DNA of 64,000 nucleotides. It comes from a virus (Duplodnaviria > Heunggongvirae > Uroviricota > Caudoviricetes). The translations under genes and the position numbers were made by a program. Below are positions 14,467-25,755 of the stretch, piece after piece. The stretch lies in IMG/VR virus record IMGVR_UViG_3300023371_000005; one strand, given 5' to 3'. Position 1 is the stretch's first letter, and each line of letters starts with the position of its first letter. The notes beneath the pieces are model-generated. The model searched no databases, had not been told where the DNA came from, and saw nothing but the letters and a program-made list of their open reading frames with translations.

Positions 14467-17313
14467 ATGAAATTACATCCACCTGTTATAGATGGTAAAT
14501 TACCTGCTTTTGCGGGAACCTCAATGAATATTCCTTTTATGTTGAATCGTGCAGTTGCTCTATCTGATTTGAATGAAGCCACTCCACTAAAATTGAAAAT
14601 TAAAACTGTAAAAACCAACAGAGAGATTGGTACTTTTAGTGGTCAATATATATACAATAAAGCTACGGGTAATTATCATGCTAACTTTATTTTATCTGAA
14701 AAGAAAAATGAAATAAAATTTGGTACTTTTTATAAAGTTCAAATTGCTTTTGTTTCTAAGGATAATACTGTGGGTTATTATTCTACCGTAGGAATTATTA
14801 AATGTACTACATACCCCATCGTAAAAGTTTAGGGACAAAGTGATAATTTATCTAATAGTTATGAATATGTTGGTGTTTATCAACAGCCAAGCGAAGGTAA
14901 TAAGTATGATACAACAGAAAAAGCTTACTCTTATTGTTTTGAATTAAGGGACATTGATGGAAATATTGTTTCTACAAGCGGAACTCAAATTCATAATAGC
15001 TCTTATGATACGGAGCCAGAAGAGATGCATGACCACTGGGTTTTGCGAAAGAATTTGAAAGAAGGAGTTCCTTATTATCTTACTTATAAAGTAACTACTA
15101 CCAATGGATTAGAATGTGAAAGTCAAAGTTATCCAATTGTTACTCAAGAAAGCGTAGACTCTTCTCTTCAAGAGAAATGTGATTTAATTGCCACTTCTAA
15201 TTTTGAAGATGGTTTTATTCGTTTAAGTTTACGTCCAAAAGTGAAGCATGGTGTTATTGATGGTAGCTTTGTTTTGTCTCGTTCTTCTAGCGAAGATAAT
15301 TTTGATAGCTGGAATGAGATTTACCGATTCTCTTATAAAAATCTTCATGTATATGGAGATATTGGAGAATCTGCGGACTTATTAACAACTCACCCAGATT
15401 TTTGGGATAAGAATGATTTAATCCTTTGGGAAGATTTTACTGTGCAACAAGGTGTTCAATATGTTTATTCTATTCAAGCATTCAATGCTCAAGGATTATT
15501 TTCTAATCGAATGATAAATCATAAATGGACACTAGCTTATCGTGACAATGATATGAATGCCGCAGGCGACTATGAAGAGCCTGATGGTTATGATGAATAC
15601 CGCAGAGGATATTATTTTGACAGCACTCCAGAAACTATTACAGTTGATTTTGAAGATATGTTCTTATTTGATGGCTCTCGTCAATTAAAGATTAGATTTA
15701 ATCCAAAGGTTACTTCTTTTAAGTCTACTGTTTTGGAATCTAAAATTGATACTTTAGGCGGTAAATATCCATTCGTATTTAGAAATGGTAATGTAGAATA
15801 TAAAGAATTCCCTGTATCTGGATTATTATCTCTCATTAGTGATCCAAATGAGTTCTTCTTAAAAGGTATTTAGACTGAGAAGTTATTATATCGTTCTTAG
15901 GCTAATGGCGATGAAATTATCGGTCCAGGAGATACTCATGTAACTATGGATAATTTACGCAGAGAACGCGAATTTAAAATGGAGGCTTTGTCTTGGCTAA
16001 CAAATGGCAAGCCTAAGTTGTTCCGCTCTCCTAGCGAGGGTAATTTTATTGTTCGTATTATGAATGTATCCATGTCTCCACTTGATGTAGTGGGACGTAT
16101 GCTTCATAGCTTTAGCGGAACTGCTTACGAGATTGCGGAATGCACTTTTGATAATCTAAATACATATGGATTTATTTCTGCTCCTGATAGAGATAATCGC
16201 GATCTGAAAATCGGTTAGATTAGACTTGCGGACGCCGCAGATCCCAAAAAAGATGTACAAGGATTTAGTGCAGAAGGTAATAAAATTACCACTCCCGCAA
16301 TTTATCGAGCTAGCTTTACTGGTGTCGCTCCTGGAACAATTTTTGCATTAAACTTTGAAGATGGATATGGTAATGTTGAAATTGAAATTGGCTATACGGG
16401 TACTTATTATGTACAAGTACAGGATAAACCAATTACTTCAATTACTTTATTAAAATCCGCAGATATTGATAAATTAGATTATACTAAGAAACCTGAGACC
16501 GATGATTGGAGAGACGCATATTTAACTTTCTGTTATTATGATAGTAATCCTACTGATAATTTTAGTAAGATTACAAGCATCGCAGTACAAGACGAATTTA
16601 GACAATTTATTGGCACTGGCTTTAATGCTAATCTTATTTCTTTTTTGGAAGATATTCGTCGATAGACTGGTAGATTCCATTATTTGCGAATTAGCGAAAG
16701 ACCAATTCGTCAGATTTATAAAGATAGTAACGGAGTTTGGTTCTTTAATCCACAGTTCACCGATCGTATATATGATACTGAATGGGATGCTAGTGTAATT
16801 TATCAAGTCGGAAATTCAGGAACTTATTATAGCGGTAAACCTCGTTCTCCCATGGGTAAGCCTGATTATCGTCTAAAGATTGTAAATGGTGATGGCGAGT
16901 ATGAGGATGAAATCAAATTCGATGGTAGAAAATCACCTGGCATCGAATTAGATAAATGGTGGCCTACTAATTCTTATAATAATGGTCGTATCAATAAATC
17001 TTCTGGTACTCACAGTAGAATTGATGCGATTACTGGTGTTGATAAAATTGATGGAATTTATATTGGCACTGGTTTAATGGTTGAGATGGCTTATCGTGTT
17101 AAATTCTTAGGATATGATGTTGAGACTAGTAGTAGTGCAGTTAGAAATGCTAAAGCAACTTGGCAGGCTGCAATTGAGAATTGGGAAGCTGTCACTGGTG
17201 ATGCAGAATCTACCAGAGAACAAATTGATGCTAGTTTACAACAAATTGAATCTGCTTATGCAAAATATATAGAAGCACTTGAATATGCTTTGGCACAGGA
17301 GGTTGAAGATTAA
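14467..17313 (+). CDS. Large tail/baseplate structural protein, about 948 aa, 5 in-frame TAG
   Basis: Track ORFs 14467..14832, 15025..15873, 15946..16218 and 16684..17313 share frame 1. TAGs at 14830, 15871, 15898, 16216 and 16663. Ends at TAA 17311-17313. RBS AAAGGAG precedes the ATG. Confidence 0.55.
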
Positions 17314-20210
17314 TGGTTTATGATAAAAATTTTTTATTAGAGTTAGATAGAGATAAAAACAAAACCATTTATGCTCGTATCACAGCTTTGCGCTTTGATG
17401 AATCTCCTATTGAATTTATTGAAGGTCGTGTAACGCAGGGTTCCATCAATATCGATGGAACCTCTGCCATCAGACGCTCTTGTTCTTTAACCATGGTCGC
17501 CGCAGATTTTGATTATCGAAATTATTATTGGGGACTGAATACTAAATTCAAGTTAGAAATTGGATTGGAAAATTATATCAATCCTGCCTACCCAAAAGTA
17601 TGCTGGTTTGATTAGGGTGTCTTTTTAATTACTCAATTTAATACAAGTCGTAATGCCTCAAGTTTTAATATTTCTGTATCTGGTAAAGATAAGATGTGTT
17701 AGCTAAATGGTGAAATTGGTGGTAATTTTGAATCTTCTGTTGATTTCGGTCAAATTGAAGAACAAAATCCTGATGGCTCTTGGAAAATTACTAAACTTCC
17801 AATTCATCGTATTATTCGCGAAATGATTCACCAATACGCCGGAGAGCCTTTTCACAATATTATTATCAATGATTTAGAAGAATATGGTTTAGAGCTTTTA
17901 GAGTATCAATACGATGTTCCAATGTTTTTATACAGACATATTGATTCTCCAATTTATACAAACGCTTTATTAAAAGGTGAAGTCGAATGTAAGGTAGACA
18001 GAGTTAATCCAGAAACAAAAGAAGTAGAGCGAGTATCCATTCAAGTAAAAGATTTAACTAATACAGAATTAGAAATGTTAGTTGATCCATTGACTGGAAC
18101 ACCTAATCCCTCTGAAGTATGGATTTGGGACAGTGAAGAAAAGCAAGATATTCCTTATTATTTTGCTAAGATTGAAACTAATTAGACTGCAGGTTATCGA
18201 ACTACTGAGTTAACTTACCCAGGTGATTTGATTGCGGCCGCAGGTGAAACAGTTACTTCTGTTTTAGATAAGATCGTAAATATGCTTGGTGAATTCGAGT
18301 ATTTTTATGATTTATAGGGACAATTCATTTTCTAGAAAAAGCGTTCTTTTGTCAATACTTTATGGTCTCCATTGGTTGATAGTAGTTCCGATGATGAGGA
18401 TGGTTCTTATGATGAACAATATGTAGAAAGCTTGGCGATTGCTTCCTCTCAAAGTTATGTATTCCATGAAGGAGAGCTAATTACTGCTTTCAATAATAAT
18501 CCTAATTTGACTAATATGAAAAATGATTATTCAATTTGGGGTACTCGTGCTTCCGTTCAAAATACTGAAATTCCAATTCATATGCGCTATGCAATTGATA
18601 AGAAACCAACCTTCTACCGCACATATGACGGAAGTAAATTCTTTACAACTGAGAAAAAAACTGATGAAGATTTATATAATGAAATCTTTAGCGAGCTATA
18701 TGAAGAATTTACTAAAAAGCCAAATCCAAATGGATTACCGGAAGATTGGTGGGATATTATGGATTGGGCTGAAAGATATAAAATGCTAAAAGGTTTTTAT
18801 CCTCCTGGACGTATTGGCCAATACTGTTCTGAAGCAGTAAGTAAAAGAATTGATTTAAATTCTTATTTCCCTGCTCCTCCTGAGGATTAGAATTTGAATG
18901 ATAGTAGAGGTAAATGGAATCATTATCGTGACATTTATATCTTTGATGTAGAAAGTGATGGAACTCTTGGATATTATGGACATTATAATGGATGTACTCA
19001 TTATTATGAATATTTCTTAGAAAGAGCGTTAGAAGGATTAGGAACTTCTTACATTTATAAGCCAGAAATTCCCGAATCTGAAGGCGGCGATGTAAGTAAT
19101 ATTGTTGTTGATATTATGAAAAATCGTGTTTATAATCAAGATTGGCGAGAAATTATTTATCAAATGGCTTTAGACTATTATCAGCATGGTCAAGAAGAAG
19201 ATTTTGAGCAACGGATTATTGAAAATAATTATCCTTATTATCCTACTGGATTGACTGGATATGAATCTTATTATATTGATTTACAAGGCTTTTGGAGACA
19301 GTTATATTATCCCATTGAAAGAACTGTGCAAGAATACCAAGATGAAAAAGCAAAATTAATGGAAGAGAAAGGGTTCATTGGAAATTTTATTTATACTCCT
19401 GAATATATTGAAGAGAACAAAGAAGCATTATCTAACCTAGATAAGAAATTTGATTATTTCTTCTATGTAAGAAAAGAAAAGGACGAAGAAGGCGTAGTGC
19501 ATGAGCTAGATCGATTTGGACCTGAGCAAGAAGAAGATGAAACAGATGACGCTTATGCGGAAAGAATAGACGCATTGTTATTACAATTCCAAGATGCTTT
19601 ATACGTCACTTTAACTGAAATTGAAGAGCTTATTGCGAAGTGCGATACAAAAATTGAAGCAGTTGAAGAAGAAAGCTCTTATTATTATACCAAAGATGAA
19701 CTTTATCCTCATTGGCGTAAAGATGTTTATGAATCTCCTTAGAGCTTGAATTTCTGGTTTGACTTTTTAGATACAGATGGAGAACTGGCACAATTCAATG
19801 TGTAGAATGTCGGTCGTAGGCCAAAAGTTGTAAATGATTCAAGTGTAAAATCCATTTATTTTAGAGATACACCGGACATTATTTTTAGAACTGCTGATGA
19901 GGGAGAAATAATGACTGGTTATAGATACATTTAGGCTCCAATGATTGAGACCATGTTTAAGATTAGTACTCAAGGCAAATCCGCAAAAGATAAGTTAGAT
20001 GAACTAATTTATACTCATGGATATTGCATTGAAAATGCTACAATTACAACTATTCCAATCTATTATTTGGAACCTAATATTCGTGTGCATTTATATGACA
20101 ACGAAACCAATCTATGCGGAGATTATATTATTAGCAAATATACTATTCCATTAGCATATAATGGAACAATGAGTATTACTGCTACTAAAGCCGCAGAAAA
20201 TATTGTTTAA
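17313..20210 (+). CDS. Large tail structural protein, about 965 aa, 10 in-frame TAG. Start overlaps the upstream stop (TAATG).
   Basis: Track ORFs 17313..17615, 17823..18185, 18372..18890, 18894..19742 and 19941..20210 are all in frame 0. In-frame TAGs at 17613, 17700, 18183, 18315, 18333, 18888, 19740, 19803, 19932. Ends at TAA 20208-20210. Confidence 0.55.
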
Positions 20211-20595
20211 AAGGAGGACGGACGAATTGAAAGCTATTAGACAATTTAGATATTATGGATCTGATTTGATTAATAATGAATTTGCCAAAATAAATAATTA
20301 TCCAAATGATCCTTCTTTCCCAGAAAGATTGATCGGTGGTAATATTTTTAATGAATATAGCGCAATCACAAAGCTTGGTATTCAAGGTCGTCCAGGTACA
20401 ATGTTCTATTTGAATGATAGTAATTACCCAATCGTCATTGGCGAGACAGGTATTTATGAGATTGATTTAGAAGGTTATGGACAGATTTTCCGTATCAAAT
20501 TTGACGGTCCTTCATTGAAGTGGTACGATGAAGATGGCAAAGGCGACCGTCTTCTAATTGACATTGTATTTGAAGGGTCAGGTGGAAGCGCATGA
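20203..20595 (+). CDS. Hypothetical small structural protein. More likely initiates at TTG 20227, 8 nt after AGGAGG. TGA stop overlaps the next start (ATGA).
   Basis: ORF in frame 1. AGGAGG at 20213-20218. Stop TGA 20593-20595. Confidence 0.4.
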   Translation: MFKRRTDELKAIRQFRYYGSDLINNEFAKINNYPNDPSFPERLIGGNIFNEYSAITKLGIQGRPGTMFYLNDSNYPIVIGETGIYEIDLEGYGQIFRIKFDGPSLKWYDEDGKGDRLLIDIVFEGSGGSA

Positions 20596-22748
20596 GTTTT
20601 TATGGTAGCATATATTACCAATTAGTTGATGCTTTCAATCGACTATGGTTTAGTAACTAGGGAAAAGACAGCATTATTTTCCCCGGTGAAGATAAATTAG
20701 TAAATCCAAATCCTGCTGAGGGTGTTCCAGAAGATACTTTTGAATATCATTCTCCTGGACGCCAAGGTGTTATCGACTTAAAGTCTGGTAACAGATGGAT
20801 TGTTTTTACTTAGAATGAAGAAGATAAATCTTTCAAGATTTGGCATAGAGAAGCAGATGCCGAGAGTAATGTTCCTGGTAATGGTTTTTATCATGTTCCA
20901 AATATGTATTTGGTTGTTTAGCAAGATGGAGAAAAAATCGAATAGGTTATTGATAGATGTATTCAAGAAACTTCTGACAGAATTGCAGAAGAGGGCGGAA
21001 CTTTTACTTTAGAAGAGGGCTGTAGAGTAGTTGTTGAAATTCCAAGCAAAGAAGATAATGTTGATCCTTCTCATGCAATCTATAAATATACTATTGATGG
21101 TGAATGGGAAGAGGAATTAGAAGCAACTCAAGGAATGGTAACCATTCTAAATCCCGATGATTTCTTTGTAACTACTGAATCTTATGCTGTAGATGGAGCA
21201 GGACATATGATTCCTGGTACTCGTCATTTATACAAGATGCCAAAGTCTGATGTTCAAGAAGAAATTGATGCTCTAAAGGCTCGTATGACGAAGAATGAAG
21301 AGCACGATGGAGAGCAAGACGACGATATTGATCTATTGGAAGAATATGTCGGTGATTGGAATCTATACAGAGGCGCAACCAATGATAAAGGATTTAATTA
21401 TTGGATGCCGGGTGTCTCTGATGCCATTGGCGATATGTGTGAATTAATCGCAGGTCACCAAAATACTTTTAATGAAGATGGAAGCGTCAAAGATGTTTGG
21501 TCTGACTGGGAAGACCATCGTGATGTTAATATTGCTCGTGTTATCGGTAACTTAACACTATTAAGAGAAAGCTTAAAATCTTTTGATAATGCTCATTTTA
21601 GAGTTGATGATACTAAAATGAGTGATATTAGCTTGATTGATGTTATTTTGTATATTAAAGATAATTTAGTTGCGACAAATACAACAACTCTTACTGGTCA
21701 TAAAGGAAGACTTGATAACTTAACTGACGATATTAATAGATTAACTTCAGATACTTTAGCTTTGACAAAACGTGCAGATGACTTAGAAGCAAAAGATATT
21801 GAAATTGAAGCTGATATTGATGCAATTAACGATCCTGCTACTGGCATTTTGATTACTGCTAAAAATTATACTGATAGTTTAGCCAATGGCGCTGTAAAAG
21901 CAAATACTGATGCCATTGCCGCGATTAATGATCCTACTACAGGTATTTTAGCAAATGCTAAGTCTTATACTGATAATTTAGCAAATGGAGCAGTAAAAGA
22001 TAATACTAATGCTATTACCGCAATTAATGATAGTGAAACTGGTATTTTAGCAAAGGCTAATAAGTATACAGATGAATTAGCCAATGGTGCAGTAACAGAT
22101 AATGCTAATGCTATTATTGCAATTAATGATGGCGAAACTGGTATTTTAAAATCTGCAAATAATTACACTGATGATGAAATTGATAAATTAGATTATACTG
22201 ACAGTGCTGCCGATGGACAATATGTCTATTCTGTAAATGAAACTGATGGTATTATTGCAGTTGAGCATAAAGCTCTTCCTACTTATACTTTAACTTCTGG
22301 TAGTACCAATGGTACAGTCGCTTTCAATGGATCTGATGTAATTGTAAAAGGATTAGGTACTGCTGCTTATTCTAATACAGACGCTTTTGATGCGGCTGGT
22401 GCGGCCGCAACTGCCAAGAACGAGGCAATTGCTGCAGCTAAAACCGAAACTGAAAATCAGATATAGGCATTAACTGAAGGCGCTATTGCAACTGCCAAGA
22501 GTGAAGCAATTGCTGAAGCCAAAACTGAAACTGAAAACCAAGTAAAAGCATTGGCTGAAGGTGCTGTTGCAGACAACAGTGCAGCAATTGAAGATTTAGA
22601 ATTATTGCTTCAAAATTACAATGAACTGGTTGCGAAGGTAGCTGAGCTAGAAGGCAGAATTGCTGCCCTAGAACCCGCACCCGAAGAACCAGATCCAGAA
22701 GAACCAGATCCCACTCCAGGAGATGAAGGTTCTGAACCCACTACATAA
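20592..22748 (+). CDS. Tail fiber protein, about 718 aa, 5 in-frame TAG. Contains four tandem 33-aa repeats and a C-terminal EEPDP repeat.
   Basis: ATG 20592 overlaps the upstream TGA. Track ORFs 21135..22466 and 22551..22748 are in the same frame. TAGs near 20658, 20811, 20919, 20943 and 22464. Ends at TAA 22746-22748. Confidence 0.55.
21822..22217 (+). repeat. Four tandem 99-nt (33-aa) repeats inside the fiber gene. Unit: AINDPATGILITAKNYTDSLANGAVKANTDAIA.
   Basis: Units start at 21822, 21921, 22020 and 22119. Units are roughly 75-80% identical at nucleotide level. The fourth unit diverges after about 18 aa. Confidence 0.7.
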
Positions 22749-22811
22749 TTTCTTTCTATTGAGAAATTAATATATATAAGTAAATAATTTTTAGGAAGGA
22801 GAGAGATTATA

Positions 22812-24299
22812 TTGGCAAGATACGTTAAGTTTATGCGAGGTACTCCTACACAGTACGCCGCTTTGGTTGAAAAAGATATTGATACCCTGTATTTTATTGC
22901 TGAACCTACTGCTAGTGAAGGTTGCTTGTACTTAGGTAATAAGTTAATTGCTGGTAATGGCGAAAGCAATAGCGGAGATCTATCTGAATTACTAAGTTTA
23001 AACGACTTATCTGATGTCATTGTAAATTCCTTAGACTTATCTGATGCTTCCTTTCTAATCTACAATCAATCTCAAGGTGCTTGGGTAAATTGTAGTAAAG
23101 AAGCATTAGTATTTGTTGGCTCTTCTTCTTTGTCCGACGGTAAGGCTGGCCTAGTGCCAGCCCCCGCAAAGGGCGAAGAAAATATGTTCTTGCGTGCGGA
23201 CGGCACTTGGGCCGTTCCTGAAGGCGCAGGAGCTGCTTCTAATGCTGTTGTTTATCAAGTAACCGCAGAAGCAGATGAGAGCAAGGAGGCCGCAATCGTT
23301 CGCATCGTAAATGGTGCTGAATTGCATAAAAATGATGTAGCAATCGTAAGAGTCTTAATTGCTAATGATATGTATGAGCATACTGCTTATGTATATGACG
23401 GTACAAATTGGGCCGCCATGGATGGCAATTATAACGCTGAAAATGTTTACTTCAAAAGCGATTTTGTATTTACTGAAAATGTAGGTACAGTAAAAATTCC
23501 AGAGTCTGGTAATATTGAAGTTCAGGCCGCAGGTTTGAATGTTGCTGAGTTCTTTAATAAGTTGTTCTCTGAGGTAAAAGATCCAACAATTACCGATGTA
23601 GAGTTCACTGTCTCCTGGGATGGAACTAAGACTTCTTATGAAGTTGGCACTTCTGTAATTCCTAAGTATACTTCTACTTTCACTCCTGGTAGTTATGAAT
23701 TTGGCCCTGAAAGTACTGGCGTAACTGTTAGTAGTTATAGTGTTGTTGATACCAATAACAATACTGCTAATACAGCTTCTGGCTCCATGCCAGAAATTAC
23801 CATTACTGATGATACTAAGTATTCTGTAGCAATTACTGCTACTTATACTGATGGTGTTAAAGCCTATAATAACTTACAGCAAGAAAGCGCAGAATATATC
23901 AAGGGTGGTTCCGTAACTAAGGCTACTAGTTCTATTATTGGTTATCGCGCTTCTTTTGTTGGTGTTGATAATGGTACTGGAGCTATTGACTCTGCTGTAA
24001 TTAGAGGTTTAGCTACTTCTTGGAATTATAATGCCGGTAAGGTTATTACTGTTGACGCAGAAACTATTAATAATCCTACTCGTATTATTATTGCTATTCC
24101 TGCTTCTAATACTCGTAATGGTATTAAAGAAATTATTATGCCTGAATCTATGAATTATAATTGCACTGCTGACTATGTACAGCAAGATAATGTTATGGTT
24201 GAAGGTGCTAATGGTGCTACCGCTGCTGAGTATGAAGTTTGGGTTTATGCTCCAAGTAAAATGGGTGTTGATGAAGTCCATAAAATTACTTTGAACTAA
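22812..24299 (+). CDS. Hypothetical structural or fiber protein, 495 aa. TTG start, no TAG.
   Basis: Continuous ORF. RBS AGGAAGGAGAG upstream. TAA stop. Confidence 0.5.
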   Translation: MARYVKFMRGTPTQYAALVEKDIDTLYFIAEPTASEGCLYLGNKLIAGNGESNSGDLSELLSLNDLSDVIVNSLDLSDASFLIYNQSQGAWVNCSKEALVFVGSSSLSDGKAGLVPAPAKGEENMFLRADGTWAVPEGAGAASNAVVYQVTAEADESKEAAIVRIVNGAELHKNDVAIVRVLIANDMYEHTAYVYDGTNWAAMDGNYNAENVYFKSDFVFTENVGTVKIPESGNIEVQAAGLNVAEFFNKLFSEVKDPTITDVEFTVSWDGTKTSYEVGTSVIPKYTSTFTPGSYEFGPESTGVTVSSYSVVDTNNNTANTASGSMPEITITDDTKYSVAITATYTDGVKAYNNLQQESAEYIKGGSVTKATSSIIGYRASFVGVDNGTGAIDSAVIRGLATSWNYNAGKVITVDAETINNPTRIIIAIPASNTRNGIKEIIMPESMNYNCTADYVQQDNVMVEGANGATAAEYEVWVYAPSKMGVDEVHKITLN

Positions 24300-24313
24300 G
24301 GAGGAATTGAAGA

Positions 24314-25735
24314 ATGGCTGTAATTAGACAAGATTTTAATGTCATGTACTTGCCTGCTGCTATTCAGAGAAATAATCCAATTCCTCTGGATAGTACTGCC
24401 TTATGGTATGACTATGATTTGATGGCTGCTTATGCAGCTAGTGATCCTACTGCCTATGTAGGTCAGATTTTAAGCTTGGTTGTTGATGATGTAGCTAATG
24501 CTTATATTATTACTAACTTAGCTGGAGATTTAGAAAAAGTTGGCTCTGCTGTTGTTGCTGATAACAAAACTATTGTTTTGGATAATGGCGCAGTAGCTTT
24601 CAAAGATTTTGGTAAGCGTTATTATAAATATGACGCAGAAACCGAAGAATATACTTTACAGGAAGTTGATGAAAACCATCCTTGGATTGCTGGTCTAGAA
24701 CCAAAAGTAACTAGTGAAGCCGGTCAATTGGTATTAGGTTGGTTTGAGCCAAATTCAACTACATTGGAAGGTGTAAATAGTTCTTTAAGCACTTTACAGA
24801 CTTCTGTAAGTGATTTACAGGGTACTGTTGAGAGCTTGGGTATCCAGGTTTCTTTGAATGAGAAGGCTTTAGAGAATGTTTATACTAAAGAAGAGACCTT
24901 AGCTGAAATTGCTAAGGCTGGACATCTAGTATATAAAAAAGTTGATAGTTTAGATGACATTCAGGCGGATATTGATAATGAAGATGCTAATGTTTCTAAT
25001 ACTATTTACTTAGTTCCTGTTTTAGAAGGCTTAGTAAATGACGTATATGATGAATATATGGTTATTGATGGTGGGATTGAAAGATTAGGTTCTTGGGAAG
25101 TTAATCTTGATAATTATGCCACCAAGGATGATCTTGATGGAAAAGTTGATAAAGTTGATGGCTATGGACTAATGTCTACAGCTCAGACTGCTAAATTAGC
25201 TACCATTGAAGAAGGCGCTCAAAAGAACGTTATCAATGAAGTTAGTGATGAGTTTGAAATTACTGATGGTAAGTTAAAACTTATCAGCTTACCTGATACT
25301 GCTAATATTGCAAATCATACAACTATTTTATCTTTACAGTCTGGTATTGACTCTAAAGTCACTATTGTCCCAGGCAAGAGCTTAGTTGATGATACTCTAA
25401 TTGCAAAGTTAGAGGCAATGAATGCAGAGGGCGAGAAAAATGTTATCAATGCGGTTGATGAAAATGAATTAGCAATTGATGAAAACCGCACTTTATCTAT
25501 TGTTTCCGTAAGTGGTTCTAAGATTGCTGAATTGGATTTAAATGAAGATTTTAAGAATTTGTCTAATAATGTAGATAGTTTATCTACTGACTTAGCTGCT
25601 TTAAATGCTTCTTTACAATCTTTGGATACAACTTTAACTGCTTATAAGATTGAAGTTTCTCAAACTTATTTAACTAAGTCTGAGTTTGAGGATCGTTTTG
25701 CTTGGCATGAGTTATCTGACTTTGTCACTACTTAA
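24314..25735 (+). CDS. Fiber-like structural protein, 473 aa, no TAG
   Basis: AAGGAGG RBS 7 nt upstream. Continuous ORF. TAA stop. Confidence 0.55.
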   Translation: MAVIRQDFNVMYLPAAIQRNNPIPLDSTALWYDYDLMAAYAASDPTAYVGQILSLVVDDVANAYIITNLAGDLEKVGSAVVADNKTIVLDNGAVAFKDFGKRYYKYDAETEEYTLQEVDENHPWIAGLEPKVTSEAGQLVLGWFEPNSTTLEGVNSSLSTLQTSVSDLQGTVESLGIQVSLNEKALENVYTKEETLAEIAKAGHLVYKKVDSLDDIQADIDNEDANVSNTIYLVPVLEGLVNDVYDEYMVIDGGIERLGSWEVNLDNYATKDDLDGKVDKVDGYGLMSTAQTAKLATIEEGAQKNVINEVSDEFEITDGKLKLISLPDTANIANHTTILSLQSGIDSKVTIVPGKSLVDDTLIAKLEAMNAEGEKNVINAVDENELAIDENRTLSIVSVSGSKIAELDLNEDFKNLSNNVDSLSTDLAALNASLQSLDTTLTAYKIEVSQTYLTKSEFEDRFAWHELSDFVTT

Positions 25736-25755
25736 TATAAGGAGGATTACTAATA

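Noticed and set aside
22749-22811. Promoter in the AT-rich gap before gene 22812 (TTGAGA ... AAATAAT)
   Set aside because: Hexamers are a poor match and the spacing is ambiguous. It cannot be distinguished from background AT-richness.
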